From Oscillospiraceae bacterium (GTDB lineage Bacteria > Bacillota > Clostridia > Oscillospirales > CAG-272): a stretch of 64,000 nucleotides of DNA. Positions 9,053-18,832 of the stretch are shown piece after piece. The stretch is from NCBI GenBank assembly GCA_015064355.1, contig SVSJ01000001.1, positions 13,564 through 77,563 on the forward strand, in the 5' to 3' direction. The translations under genes were made by a program, and so were the position numbers. Positions within the stretch are counted from its first letter, which is position 1. Each line of letters opens with the position of its first letter. Under the pieces are notes generated by a model that was given only the letters and a program-made list of their open reading frames with translations, was not told the DNA's origin and did not search any database.

Positions 9053-10882
9053 TTGATCAGAGAAAATCTCCGCAACGTTGCAATCATAGCACACGTTGAC
9101 CATGGCAAAACTACCCTTGTTGACCAGATGCTTAAGCAGTGTGATACGTACCACGAGAACCAGGTTGTACGGGATCGTGTTATGGACTCAGGAGATCTTG
9201 AGAGAGAACGTGGTATTACAATTCTCGCCAAGAACACTTCTGTTGAAAGAAATGGAATAAAGATCAACATTATTGATACCCCCGGTCACGCTGACTTCGG
9301 CGGCGAGGTAGAGCGAATCCTGAAGATGGTTAACGGTGTTATTCTTCTTGTTGACGCCGCTGAAGGACCCATGCCTCAGACCAGATTTGTTCTTAGCCGT
9401 GCAATGGAGCTTGGTCACAGAATCATTGTTGTAGTAAATAAAGTTGACCGTCCTGATGCAAGACTTGACGAAGTGCCAGACGAAGTCCTTGAGCTTCTTC
9501 TTGAGCTTGATGCCACAGATGATCAGCTTGATTCACCCATGATCTTCTGTAGCGGTCGTACAGGTCGCGCTTCCGTGAACCCTCACGATCTTGGAGAAAA
9601 TCTCGACTGTCTGTTTGACACAATTATTGATTATATTCCCGCACCAGAGGGAGAACTTGATGCTCCTCTGCAGCTTCTTGTTTCCTCTATTGACTACAAC
9701 GATTATGTTGGCCGAATCGGTATCGGACGTATCGAGCGTGGTACTATAAGACAAGGCGAAGAAATTGTTATTACAAACTTCCACACGCCCGATGTAGCAC
9801 CCAAAAAGAGCAAAGTCGTTGCTCTGTTCACTATTGACGGTCTTGTAAGAAAGCCTGTCACAGAGGCTCACATGGGTGATATCGTATGCTTCAGCGGTGC
9901 TGAAAATATTACGATCGGTGATACTATCTCTTCCCCCCTTGATCCCACTCCCCTTGAGTTTGTTAAGGTTAGTGAACCTACAATGGAAATGACTTTCTCT
10001 GTTAACGACAGCCCCTTTGCAGGACGCGAGGGCAAGTTTGTTACATCCAGACAGATCAGAGAAAGACTTTATAAAGAAACTCTCAAAGATGTATCACTTC
10101 GCGTAACAGACGGTGACACCACTGACAGCTTTATGGTTGCCGGACGTGGTGAGATGCACCTCTCAATCCTTATTGAAACAATGAGACGTGAAGGATACGA
10201 GATCTGCTGCTCCACACCTCGTGTTATCTATAAAGAAATTGACGGTGTTACTTGCGAACCCATGGAAAGAGTAACCGTTGACGTACCTGACGAATACGTT
10301 GGTGCGGTTGTTGAAAAGCTTGGCTCAAGAAAAGGCGAACTTCTTGAAATGGGTCTCCACGGAACAAGAATGAAGATCGAATACTCCATTCCCGCTCGTT
10401 GCCTCTTTGGTTACAGAAGCGAGTTCCTTACCGACACTCGCGGTGAAGGTATCCTCAACTCGATATTTGACGGCTATCAGCCTTATAAGGGAGACGTTGT
10501 TACACGTTACACAGGCTCTCTTGTTGCAAGTGAGGACGGCGAGGCGACCTCTTACGGTCTCTTCAACTCACAGGATCGCGGCGTAATGTTTATTGGCGTT
10601 CAGACTCCTGTTTACGAAGGTATGCTTGTAGGCGAATGTCCCAAGAAGGAAGATATTGCTCTAAACGTATGCAAGAAGAAGCATCTTACTTCAATCAGAT
10701 CTGCCGGTGCCGACGAAGCACTCCGCCTTGTTCCTCCAAAGATTTTCTCTCTTGAGCAGGCAATCGAATTTATCGGCGAAGACGAACTTATTGAAGTAAC
10801 ACCCAAGTCCATAAGACTTCGTAAGAAGATTCTCAACACTGAACTTCGTCTCAAGGCTCAGGCGAAACTCAAAAAGGAATAA
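9053..10882 (+). CDS. typA: Translational GTPase TypA/BipA
   Basis: AHVDHGKTT, ERERGITI, DTPGHADF, NKVD, GRGEMHL, EVTPKSIRLRK; TTG start. Confidence 0.97.
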   Translation: MIRENLRNVAIIAHVDHGKTTLVDQMLKQCDTYHENQVVRDRVMDSGDLERERGITILAKNTSVERNGIKINIIDTPGHADFGGEVERILKMVNGVILLVDAAEGPMPQTRFVLSRAMELGHRIIVVVNKVDRPDARLDEVPDEVLELLLELDATDDQLDSPMIFCSGRTGRASVNPHDLGENLDCLFDTIIDYIPAPEGELDAPLQLLVSSIDYNDYVGRIGIGRIERGTIRQGEEIVITNFHTPDVAPKKSKVVALFTIDGLVRKPVTEAHMGDIVCFSGAENITIGDTISSPLDPTPLEFVKVSEPTMEMTFSVNDSPFAGREGKFVTSRQIRERLYKETLKDVSLRVTDGDTTDSFMVAGRGEMHLSILIETMRREGYEICCSTPRVIYKEIDGVTCEPMERVTVDVPDEYVGAVVEKLGSRKGELLEMGLHGTRMKIEYSIPARCLFGYRSEFLTDTRGEGILNSIFDGYQPYKGDVVTRYTGSLVASEDGEATSYGLFNSQDRGVMFIGVQTPVYEGMLVGECPKKEDIALNVCKKKHLTSIRSAGADEALRLVPPKIFSLEQAIEFIGEDELIEVTPKSIRLRKKILNTELRLKAQAKLKKE

Positions 10883-10973
10883 ATTTTTCCACATATTTAG
10901 AGATATCTTTCTAAATTAACCGATATACAGCGAATTTATCAAAAATATTTTGCATAGTTTATCGGAAAAGATA

Positions 10974-11002
10974 TTTACAATTCGCTCTTTTTGCGATATA
11001 AT
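10974..11002 (+). promoter_or_regulatory. sigA-type promoter for nifJ
   Basis: TTTACA-N17-TATAAT. Confidence 0.55.
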
Positions 11003-11085
11003 AATTAGGATATAATGCATTGTTCATTTTTTGGTCGATGCATGATATAAAATCAATCATAATTTTATTTGGAGGATATATTATC

Positions 11086-14000
11086 ATGGCAAGAAAAATG
11101 CTTTCCATGGATGGTAACACTGCTGCGGCGCATGCCTCTTATGCGTTTACAGAAGTTGCTGCCATCTACCCCATTACTCCTTCTTCCGTTATGGCTGACG
11201 TTACAGACACATGGTCTGCAGGCGGTCTGAAGAACATAATGGGTGACACCGTTAAGGTGATCGAAATGCAGTCTGAAGCAGGTGCTGCCGGTGCTGTTCA
11301 CGGTTCTCTCGCAGCTGGTGCTCTCACGACTACATACACAGCTTCTCAGGGTCTTCTCCTGATGATCCCCAACATGTACAAGATCGCAGGTGAGCTTCTT
11401 CCCTGTGTTATCCACGTATCTGCTCGTTGCGTAGCGTCTCATGCACTGAACATTTTTGGTGACCACTCCGACGTATACGCTTGCCGTCAGACCGGTTTTG
11501 CTATGATGGCTGAATCCAACCCTCAGGAAGTTATGGACCTGGGTGCTGTTGCTCACCTTGCAACAATCAAGGGCCGCGTTCCCGTTCTCAACTTCTTCGA
11601 CGGTTTCAGAACATCCCACGAAATCCAGAAGATCGAAACATGGGACTATGACGATCTCGCTGAAATGGTTGACAAGGATGCAATCGCTGCATTCCGTTCC
11701 AGAGCTCTTAACCCTGAACACCCCGTACTCCGCGGTTCCGCTGAAAACGGTGACATCTTCTTCCAGCACAGAGAAGCTTGTAACAAGTTCTACGATGCAT
11801 TCCCTGCTATCGTTGAAGAATACATGGACAAGGTTAACGCTAAGATCGGTACAGACTATAAGCTCTTCAACTACTACGGTGCTCCGGATGCTGAACGCGT
11901 AATCGTTGCTATGGGTTCTGTATGTGACGTTGCTGAAGAAGTTATCGACTACATGCTCGCTGCTGGTGAGAAAGTTGGTCTTATTAAGGTTCGTCTCTAT
12001 CGTCCTTTCGTAGCTGCTAAGCTCGCTGAAGCTATCCCCGCTACATGTAAGAAGATCGCTGTTCTTGACAGAACAAAGGAACCCGGCTCCCTCGGCGAAC
12101 CTCTCTACCTCGACGTTGTTACAGCTCTCGCTCTCACAGGCAAGACTGATATCAAGGTTGTTGGCGGTCGTTACGGTCTCGGTTCCAAGGATACTCCTCC
12201 GCAGTCCATTTTCGCAGTATACGAAAACCTCGCTCAGGATGCTCCCAAGAACAACTTTACAATCGGTATCGTAGACGACGTAACCGGTCTCTCACTCGAA
12301 GAAAAGCCCGCTCCTGACACAGCAGCTGCAGGTACAATCGCTTGCAAGTTCTGGGGTCTCGGCGGTGACGGTACTGTTGGTGCTAACAAGAACTCCATCA
12401 AGATCATTGGTGACCATACTGATAAGTTTATTCAGGCTTACTTCCAGTATGACTCCAAGAAGACATCCGGTATCACAATTTCTCACCTCCGCTTCGGTGA
12501 CAAGCCCATCAAGAGCCCTTACTACATCAATAAGGCTGACTTCGTTGCATGCCACAACTCTTCTTACCTCAAGAAGTATGATATGGTAAGCGACATTAAG
12601 CCCGGTGGTACATTCCTTCTCGACTGCGCTTGGGATGCTGAAGGCCTCGAAGCTAACCTTCCCGCTAAGGTTAAGTCCTATATCGCAAACAACAACGTTA
12701 AGTTCTACACAATCGACGCTACCACAATCGCTACAAAGCAGATCGGTAACGCAAAGGTTAAGAACACTGTTCTTCAGTCCGCATTCTTCTCTCTCGCTAA
12801 CATTCTTCCTAAGGATGAAGCTATCGACTACATGAAGAAGGCTGCTTACAAGTCCTACATCAAGAAGGGTCAGGCAATGGTTGACCTCAACTATGCTGCT
12901 ATCGACGCAGGTTCTGATGCGTTCGTTGAAGTTGCTGTTCCCGAAGCATGGAAGACAGTTGCTCCCGACGCTCCCGCAGCTGCTTACACAGCAAAGAGAG
13001 CTGATCTCGAAGCATTCGTAAATAACGTTGTTAAGCCCGTAAACGCTATGGCAGGTGACAGCCTCCCCGTATCCGCATTCACAGAGTACGTTGACGGTAC
13101 ATTCCCCCAGGGTTCTACCGCTTCCGAAAAGCGCGGTGTTGCAGTTTACGTTCCCGTTTGGCATCCCGAAAACTGTATCCAGTGTAACAACTGTGCATTT
13201 GTATGTCCTCACGCTGCAATTCGTCCCTTCGCTATGACAGAAGAAGAAGCTGCTGCAGCTCCTGAAGCTACAAAGTTCACAGCTAAGCCCGTTATCAAGA
13301 CAAACTACAAGTTCACAATGGCTATCTCCCCTGCTGACTGTATGGGTTGTACCCTCTGTGTTAAGGCTTGTCCTGTAACAGCTAAGGCTGAAAAGGATGG
13401 CACAGACAAGAAGGCTATCGAAATGGTTCTCGCTCCTACACAGGCAGACCAGCAGGCTCCTTGGGATTACGCTGTTGCTAACGTTTCCGAAAAGCCCGAA
13501 CTCATTAACAACACTGTTAAGGGTTCTCAGTTCAAGCAGCCTCTCCTCGAGTTCTCCGGCTCTTGCGCAGGTTGTGCAGAAACATCTTATGCACGTCTTA
13601 TCACCCAGCTCTTCGGTGAAAGAATGTACATCTCCAACGCTACAGGTTGTTCCTCCATTTGGGGTGGTTCCGCACCTGCTACTCCTTACACAGTAAATAA
13701 GGAATCCGGCCGCGGTCCTGCTTGGGGTAACTCCCTCTTCGAAGACAACGCTGAACACGGTCTCGGTATCCACCTCGGTCAGAAGACAATCAGAAACCGC
13801 CTTGCTGAAAAGGTTAAGAAGCTGATCGCTATCGACTGGACAATGGCTGATATTAAGGCGGCTGGTCAGGAATGGCTCGATACATTCAACGACGGTAAGG
13901 CTAACGCTGCTGCTACAGATAAGCTTATCGCTGCTCTTCAGGCTGGTATCGCTACAGCTGATGAAGGCCTCGCTCTCTGCGCTTCTGAACACGGTAAGGA

Positions 14001-14784
14001 AGTATTCGGTGACAAGCTCGCTGAAAGAACTGCTCAGTTTGAAGCTCTCAAGGCTGCAGGCAAGAACTGCGACTGCGAAGCATGTGCTCTCTGCGAAGAA
14101 ATCCTCGCTGAAAAGGATTACCTCGGCAAGAAGTCCACATGGATCTTCGGTGGTGACGGTTGGGCATATGACATCGGTTTCGGTGGTCTCGACCACGTTA
14201 TTGCTTCCGGCGAAGACGTAAACATCATGGTATTCGATACTGAAGTTTACTCCAACACCGGTGGACAGGCTTCCAAGGCTTCCAACATTGGTCAGGTTGC
14301 TCAGTTCGCAGCTGCTGGTAAGGCTATCGGCAAGAAGAACCTCGCTGAAATCGCTATGTCCTACGGCTACGTTTACGTTGCACAGGTTGCTATGGGCGCT
14401 GACATGAACCAGCTCCTCAAGGCTCTCACAGAAGCTGAAGCTTACAATGGTCCTTCCATTATTATCGGTTACGCTCCTTGCGAAATGCACGGTATTAAGG
14501 GCACAATGGCTAACTGCCAGCTCGAAATGAAGAAGGCTGTTGAAGCTGGTTACTGGCAGATGTTCAGATACAACCCTGCTCTCAAGGCTGAAGGCAAGAA
14601 TCCCTTCACTATGGATAGCAAGGAACCCACAGGCAGCTACATCGACTTCATCAAGAATGAAAACCGTTATAGCCGTCTCGCTGCTGCTAACCCTGAACGT
14701 GCTGAAAAGCTCTTCGCTGAAGCTGAAGCTAATGCAAAGGCTAAGTACGAAAGACTCACAAAGTACAGCAAGCTTTACGAATAA
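11086..14784 (+). CDS. nifJ: Pyruvate:ferredoxin (flavodoxin) oxidoreductase
   Basis: YPITPS, two 4Fe-4S motifs (CIQCNNC..CP, CMGCTLC..CP), SCAGC, TPP motif GGDGW..DIG. ATG 11086 follows a GGAGG RBS. Strong high-expression codon bias. Confidence 0.97.
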   Translation: MARKMLSMDGNTAAAHASYAFTEVAAIYPITPSSVMADVTDTWSAGGLKNIMGDTVKVIEMQSEAGAAGAVHGSLAAGALTTTYTASQGLLLMIPNMYKIAGELLPCVIHVSARCVASHALNIFGDHSDVYACRQTGFAMMAESNPQEVMDLGAVAHLATIKGRVPVLNFFDGFRTSHEIQKIETWDYDDLAEMVDKDAIAAFRSRALNPEHPVLRGSAENGDIFFQHREACNKFYDAFPAIVEEYMDKVNAKIGTDYKLFNYYGAPDAERVIVAMGSVCDVAEEVIDYMLAAGEKVGLIKVRLYRPFVAAKLAEAIPATCKKIAVLDRTKEPGSLGEPLYLDVVTALALTGKTDIKVVGGRYGLGSKDTPPQSIFAVYENLAQDAPKNNFTIGIVDDVTGLSLEEKPAPDTAAAGTIACKFWGLGGDGTVGANKNSIKIIGDHTDKFIQAYFQYDSKKTSGITISHLRFGDKPIKSPYYINKADFVACHNSSYLKKYDMVSDIKPGGTFLLDCAWDAEGLEANLPAKVKSYIANNNVKFYTIDATTIATKQIGNAKVKNTVLQSAFFSLANILPKDEAIDYMKKAAYKSYIKKGQAMVDLNYAAIDAGSDAFVEVAVPEAWKTVAPDAPAAAYTAKRADLEAFVNNVVKPVNAMAGDSLPVSAFTEYVDGTFPQGSTASEKRGVAVYVPVWHPENCIQCNNCAFVCPHAAIRPFAMTEEEAAAAPEATKFTAKPVIKTNYKFTMAISPADCMGCTLCVKACPVTAKAEKDGTDKKAIEMVLAPTQADQQAPWDYAVANVSEKPELINNTVKGSQFKQPLLEFSGSCAGCAETSYARLITQLFGERMYISNATGCSSIWGGSAPATPYTVNKESGRGPAWGNSLFEDNAEHGLGIHLGQKTIRNRLAEKVKKLIAIDWTMADIKAAGQEWLDTFNDGKANAAATDKLIAALQAGIATADEGLALCASEHGKEVFGDKLAERTAQFEALKAAGKNCDCEACALCEEILAEKDYLGKKSTWIFGGDGWAYDIGFGGLDHVIASGEDVNIMVFDTEVYSNTGGQASKASNIGQVAQFAAAGKAIGKKNLAEIAMSYGYVYVAQVAMGADMNQLLKALTEAEAYNGPSIIIGYAPCEMHGIKGTMANCQLEMKKAVEAGYWQMFRYNPALKAEGKNPFTMDSKEPTGSYIDFIKNENRYSRLAAANPERAEKLFAEAEANAKAKYERLTKYSKLYE

Positions 14785-14792
14785 TAATCAAA

Positions 14793-14839
14793 TAAGCAAA
14801 ACAAACGTCAGCTCTATTTGGGCTGGCGTTTGCTGCTTA
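14793..14839 (+). terminator. Stem-loop after nifJ (terminator or mRNA-stabilising hairpin)
   Basis: CAAACGTCAGCTC/GGGCTGGCGTTTG stem; poor U-tract. Confidence 0.5.
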
Positions 14840-14860
14840 TAGGAAATTGAGGTAATTACT

Positions 14861-15706
14861 ATGGCAAATTATACTTACAAGCATGTAGTTCTTCTTGGCG
14901 TTGACGGTGCGGGAGTTTTCTTCAGAGATACTGACACCCCTAATATTGATAAGATTATCGAAAAAGGCGCATTAAGCTACGATGTTCTTACATCGGAGCC
15001 TACCATCAGCGCTGAATGCTGGGGTTCGATGCTCATTGGTGTAAAGCCCGAAGTACACGGTCTTACAAATGATATCGTTTCATCCAAGGTTTATGATGTA
15101 AATTCAAAGTACCCCACTGTATTTCGCGTGATCAGCGAAAACTTGCCCGAGGCAACTCTTGCATCTTTCTCCAACTGGTCCCCAATAAACAGTGGTATTG
15201 TTGAATCTAATCTCAATGTTTATAAAGATAGCAGCTGGGACGGAGAGCTTACTGAGAGAATATGCGCTTACCTTAAGGAAAAAGGTGCGCCCACTTTCTT
15301 GTTCATACAGTTTGATGACGTAGACGGCGCAGGACACTGCCACGGTTATAGATCTGAAAAGTATCTTCAGCAGATCACACTTGAAGACGAATATATTGGC
15401 AAAATAATGGAGACTTACAAGGAGCTCAGCGCACTTGAGGATACCCTTTTCATTGTTACAGCTGACCACGGAGGATTTGGCGTTCATCACGGCGGCTCAC
15501 ATGTTGACGAAAAGTTCGTTATGTTTGCAGCATGCGGTAAGACTGTAAAACACGGTCAGATCGGTGAAATGGAGATTCGCGACACACCTGCGATCATACT
15601 CCACGCACTTGGACTTGATGATAAGAAACCGAAATCCTGGACTTCTCGCATTCCAGAAAACTTCTATGAGGGAATCGGTGCATCCGAAAGACCTCTTGGT
15701 GAATAA
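14861..15706 (+). CDS. Alkaline phosphatase superfamily / nucleotide pyrophosphatase-phosphodiesterase
   Basis: LGVDG, PTISAECW, DDVDGAGH, TADHGG..HGG metal-site motifs. Confidence 0.82.
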   Translation: MANYTYKHVVLLGVDGAGVFFRDTDTPNIDKIIEKGALSYDVLTSEPTISAECWGSMLIGVKPEVHGLTNDIVSSKVYDVNSKYPTVFRVISENLPEATLASFSNWSPINSGIVESNLNVYKDSSWDGELTERICAYLKEKGAPTFLFIQFDDVDGAGHCHGYRSEKYLQQITLEDEYIGKIMETYKELSALEDTLFIVTADHGGFGVHHGGSHVDEKFVMFAACGKTVKHGQIGEMEIRDTPAIILHALGLDDKKPKSWTSRIPENFYEGIGASERPLGE

Positions 15707-15716
15707 AATTTATAAG

Positions 15717-15748
15717 AAAAACCGTACCCACGATAGGTACGGTTTTTT
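15717..15748. terminator. Bidirectional intrinsic terminator
   Basis: AAAAACCGTACC-loop-GGTACGGTTTTTT between convergent genes. Confidence 0.85.
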
Positions 15749-15754
15749 GTTTGA

Positions 15755-16447
15755 TTATCCGTTCGTTACTTCCCCGCTGCCTTCAAGCGAGATCTCATCC
15801 CCAAGATAAACAGGCTCGGGCTTGAATATGATATAGAAGAAATCCTTTACGCGCGCTGCAACCTCGCGGACTTCTCGCATAGACTGGCCGTAATACTGCC
15901 TGAGATCAGCAGGTACACCAATCGCTTCAACTCCAAGAGAGTCTGCTATGGCAAGGGCCCGGTAAAGGTGATATTTTTGTGTGACGATAATTACTTTGTC
16001 AGCGCCAAATATCTCGCGTGCACGATATATAGAATCGTATGTCGAGAATCCTGCATGATCCATAAAAATTCTGTCAACAGGTACGCCGTCATCAATCGCA
16101 AACGCTTTCATGGTATTGACTTCATCGTATTCCACCCGTCCGTGGTCTCCACTCATAAGTACAGTATCGGAATATCCCTTGTCATAAAGATCAATTCCGG
16201 TCAGGAGTCTGTCTTCAAGCATATGGCTGGGGGATCCGTCATCGCGAACTCCGGCACCGAGAATAATTATGCAGTCTGCATCGGAGAAACTAAACTCACC
16301 GTCTGACATAATTCTGTCGCTTGTAGATGCGATCATCCAAATGTTAACTGTGGTTAAAAGGAGTAGTGCTATAATTCCAATAATAATGATAAACCTAAAT
16401 ATTGACCTTAATATTGGATGTTTATATTGTTTCTTCGTCTTTTTCAT
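15755..16447 (-). CDS. SanA/YdcF/ElyC (DUF218) family membrane protein
   Basis: N-terminal TM, ILGAGV, RL..G..LY, MSGD, DHAGFSTYDS, VTQKYHLYRA, RE..A motifs. Start is ATG 16447 or TTG 16453; overlaps the upstream gene. Confidence 0.87.
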   Translation of the reverse strand: MKKTKKQYKHPILRSIFRFIIIIGIIALLLLTTVNIWMIASTSDRIMSDGEFSFSDADCIIILGAGVRDDGSPSHMLEDRLLTGIDLYDKGYSDTVLMSGDHGRVEYDEVNTMKAFAIDDGVPVDRIFMDHAGFSTYDSIYRAREIFGADKVIIVTQKYHLYRALAIADSLGVEAIGVPADLRQYYGQSMREVREVAARVKDFFYIIFKPEPVYLGDEISLEGSGEVTNG

Positions 16448-17414
16448 CTTCAACAGTTTCTGTTACTTCTTTTACTTTCTTTGCTTTGTGCTTCTTAATA
16501 GATCTTTTAATTACGATCACAACTACTGCAATGATTACAGCCCAGATAAGAATATATGGGATCGAGCTAACAAACCAAACTGAGAAATCAGCAAGGTCAT
16601 CGGAAATATCAACAAGTGTATCTGCAAAGCCCTCGGAAATGCGCTCACCAAGGGTCATGCGTTCTTCGTTCTTAACTTCCCTATATACCTCGGAAATGTC
16701 AAGAGTTACAGTGCAGTAGGAAATTAAATCATCATATTTACGAAGCTGGGATTTATAAGTCTCAAGCTTATATGTTACCTCGGAGATTCTTGACTGAAGC
16801 ATGATAACATCATCCAGTTTGGTAGCCTTTTCAAGAATGTCAAGCAAAGCGTCGTATTCGGCCTGAAGCGCTTTGATACGGCTTTCTGTGTCAACGTAAG
16901 CGATTGTCACGTCAGTTGTATCTTCGGACTTGTGTGTAACACTTCCGAGAGTACAAACGTCTGACATGAATTTATCATAGGTTGACGCCGGCACACGTAC
17001 TGTAATATAGGCATTTCTTGAATAATTGCTCTGATAAACACCACCGCCTCTTGATTCGGACGACTCAATGTAGCCCCCTGCAGAGAAAATGCAAGCCTCA
17101 AGAGAAGCAATAAACTCATCGTATGTCTTTGTCTGGAAGCTGATGTGAGCAGTCTTAATAATCTTTCTGTTTGAGAGATCATTAACGCCGGGGTTAGATA
17201 CGCCCACCTCATCTTTGCCGCTGGTTGAAGAGTTCAAACCATATGACGGCATTTCCATTTCAGGAGCAGACTCGATCTTATCATAATAAGAATCTTCTGC
17301 TGCATACCCAAAATCGTTTGGCGCAGAATCTTTCATAGGCGCAGCACCACATGAAGTAAGTCCGAGAATAATTAAAGTTACCGCGAGAATAAGAGATAAA
17401 AACTTAATTTTCAT
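16422..17414 (-). CDS. DUF4349-domain lipoprotein
   Basis: Lipobox LTSC, RKIIKTA, GGYIESS, ITVRVP, DVT..YVD.ESR, coiled coil, C-terminal TM. ATG 17414 follows GGAGGG. Confidence 0.85.
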   Translation of the reverse strand: MKIKFLSLILAVTLIILGLTSCGAAPMKDSAPNDFGYAAEDSYYDKIESAPEMEMPSYGLNSSTSGKDEVGVSNPGVNDLSNRKIIKTAHISFQTKTYDEFIASLEACIFSAGGYIESSESRGGGVYQSNYSRNAYITVRVPASTYDKFMSDVCTLGSVTHKSEDTTDVTIAYVDTESRIKALQAEYDALLDILEKATKLDDVIMLQSRISEVTYKLETYKSQLRKYDDLISYCTVTLDISEVYREVKNEERMTLGERISEGFADTLVDISDDLADFSVWFVSSIPYILIWAVIIAVVVIVIKRSIKKHKAKKVKEVTETVEDEKDEETI

Positions 17415-17439
17415 AATGCCCTCCAAAGCCTTTTTCTTT

Positions 17440-17469
17440 TTAGACGTTTCGATTTTACTGTTAGTTCCA
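17440..17469 (-). promoter_or_regulatory. ECF-sigma-type promoter (TGGAAC-N17-CGTCTAA)
   Basis: Minus strand reads TGGAAC TAACAGTAAAATCGAAA CGTCTAA, 25 nt upstream of the DUF4349 start; fits the AAC...CGT ECF consensus. Confidence 0.7.
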
Positions 17470-17639
17470 GCTTTTTGATAAAAAATTCAATTTTTACTGA
17501 AAATTCATTTTTCTTATCTGTTTGTTATTGGTGACATGCATTCTCAAAAGCGACATTATAGTACTTATATTGCCTAATATATTGGCGAATACAAATAAAA
17601 TTTTGTTGGAAATGCCAATGCGAGTTTTATTAATGTTTA

Positions 17640-17668
17640 TTGACTTTAGTTTGATAATGCGGTATAAT
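17640..17668 (+). promoter_or_regulatory. sigA promoter of the serC operon
   Basis: TTGACT-N17-TATAAT. Confidence 0.7.
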
Positions 17669-17748
17669 TATTACAATTATACAATGCCGGATGAATATTG
17701 TTAACTACACTATTTAACCGAGTTTATACTATGATCAGGAGAATTATT

Positions 17749-18831
17749 ATGAACAGAGTTTACAATTTCTCAGCAGGTCCCTCCATGCTTCCTTTGTCAG
17801 TTCTTGAAAAGGCTCAGGCAGAATTGGTTTGCTATGGCGAATCCGGAATGTCCGTTATGGAAATGAGCCATCGCTCTGCTGATTACGATGCAATTATAAA
17901 GAAGGCTGAGGCTGATCTTCGTGAAATTATGGAGATTCCCGATAACTACAAAGTTCTCTTCCTTCAGGGTGGCGCATCTACCCAGTTTGCTGCTGTTCCT
18001 CTCAATCTAATGAAGACTGGCAAGGCTGATTACATCCTTTCCGGCCAGTTCTCTACTAAGGCATTCAAGGAAGGTCAGAAATACGGTGACGCTGTTGCTG
18101 TTGCTTCCTCCAAGGACGTAAACTTCTCAAAGATTCCCGAAACAACTCGCGAATCCTTCCGTCCTGATGCTGACTTTGTTCACATTTGTTTCAATAACAC
18201 TATTTATGGTACAAAGTTCAACTATATCCCCGACACTGGTGACATTCCTCTTGTTGCTGATATGTCATCCTGCATCATTTCCGAGCCTGTTGACGTTTCT
18301 AAGTTTGGCGTAATTTATGCCGGCGCACAGAAGAATATGGCTCCCGCAGGTCTTACTGTTGCTATCGTTCGCGAGGATCTCCTCGGCTGGACAAATCCCG
18401 CAACCCCCTCCATGCTTGACTGGAAGCTTATGGCTGACAATGATTCAATGTACAACACTCCCCCCTGCTATTCAATTTATATGGCCGGTCTTGTATATGA
18501 ATGGATCAAGTCTATCGGCGGTCTTGGCGAAATGAAGAAGATGAATGAAAAGAAGGCTAATCTTCTCTATGACTACCTTGATTCTCAGGATTACTACATT
18601 GCCCCCGTTGAAAAGGAAAGCCGTTCTATGATGAACGTTACTTTCGTTACAGGTAATGAAGATCTTGACAAGAAGTTTGCTAAAGAAGCTGCAGCCGCTG
18701 GTCTTAAGAATCTTAAAGGTCACCGTTCCGTTGGTGGTATGAGAGCATCTATATACAACGCTATGCCTTATGAAGGTGTAGAAGCTCTTGTTGCTTTCAT
18801 GAAAGATTTTGCTGAAAGGAATCCTAAGTAA
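17749..18831 (+). CDS. serC: Phosphoserine aminotransferase
   Basis: NFSAGPS, EMSHRS, QGGAS, DMSS, AGAQKN (PLP Lys), YNTPP, GHRSVGGMRASIYNA. ATG 17749 follows AGGAGA. Confidence 0.97.
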   Translation: MNRVYNFSAGPSMLPLSVLEKAQAELVCYGESGMSVMEMSHRSADYDAIIKKAEADLREIMEIPDNYKVLFLQGGASTQFAAVPLNLMKTGKADYILSGQFSTKAFKEGQKYGDAVAVASSKDVNFSKIPETTRESFRPDADFVHICFNNTIYGTKFNYIPDTGDIPLVADMSSCIISEPVDVSKFGVIYAGAQKNMAPAGLTVAIVREDLLGWTNPATPSMLDWKLMADNDSMYNTPPCYSIYMAGLVYEWIKSIGGLGEMKKMNEKKANLLYDYLDSQDYYIAPVEKESRSMMNVTFVTGNEDLDKKFAKEAAAAGLKNLKGHRSVGGMRASIYNAMPYEGVEALVAFMKDFAERNPK

Positions 18832-18832
18832 G

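Noticed and set aside
12292-14490. 732-aa antisense ORF opposite nifJ (also 11065..11769)
   Set aside because: It is the shadow of a highly biased gene that avoids TTA/CTA/TCA codons; it has no RBS or recognisable motifs.
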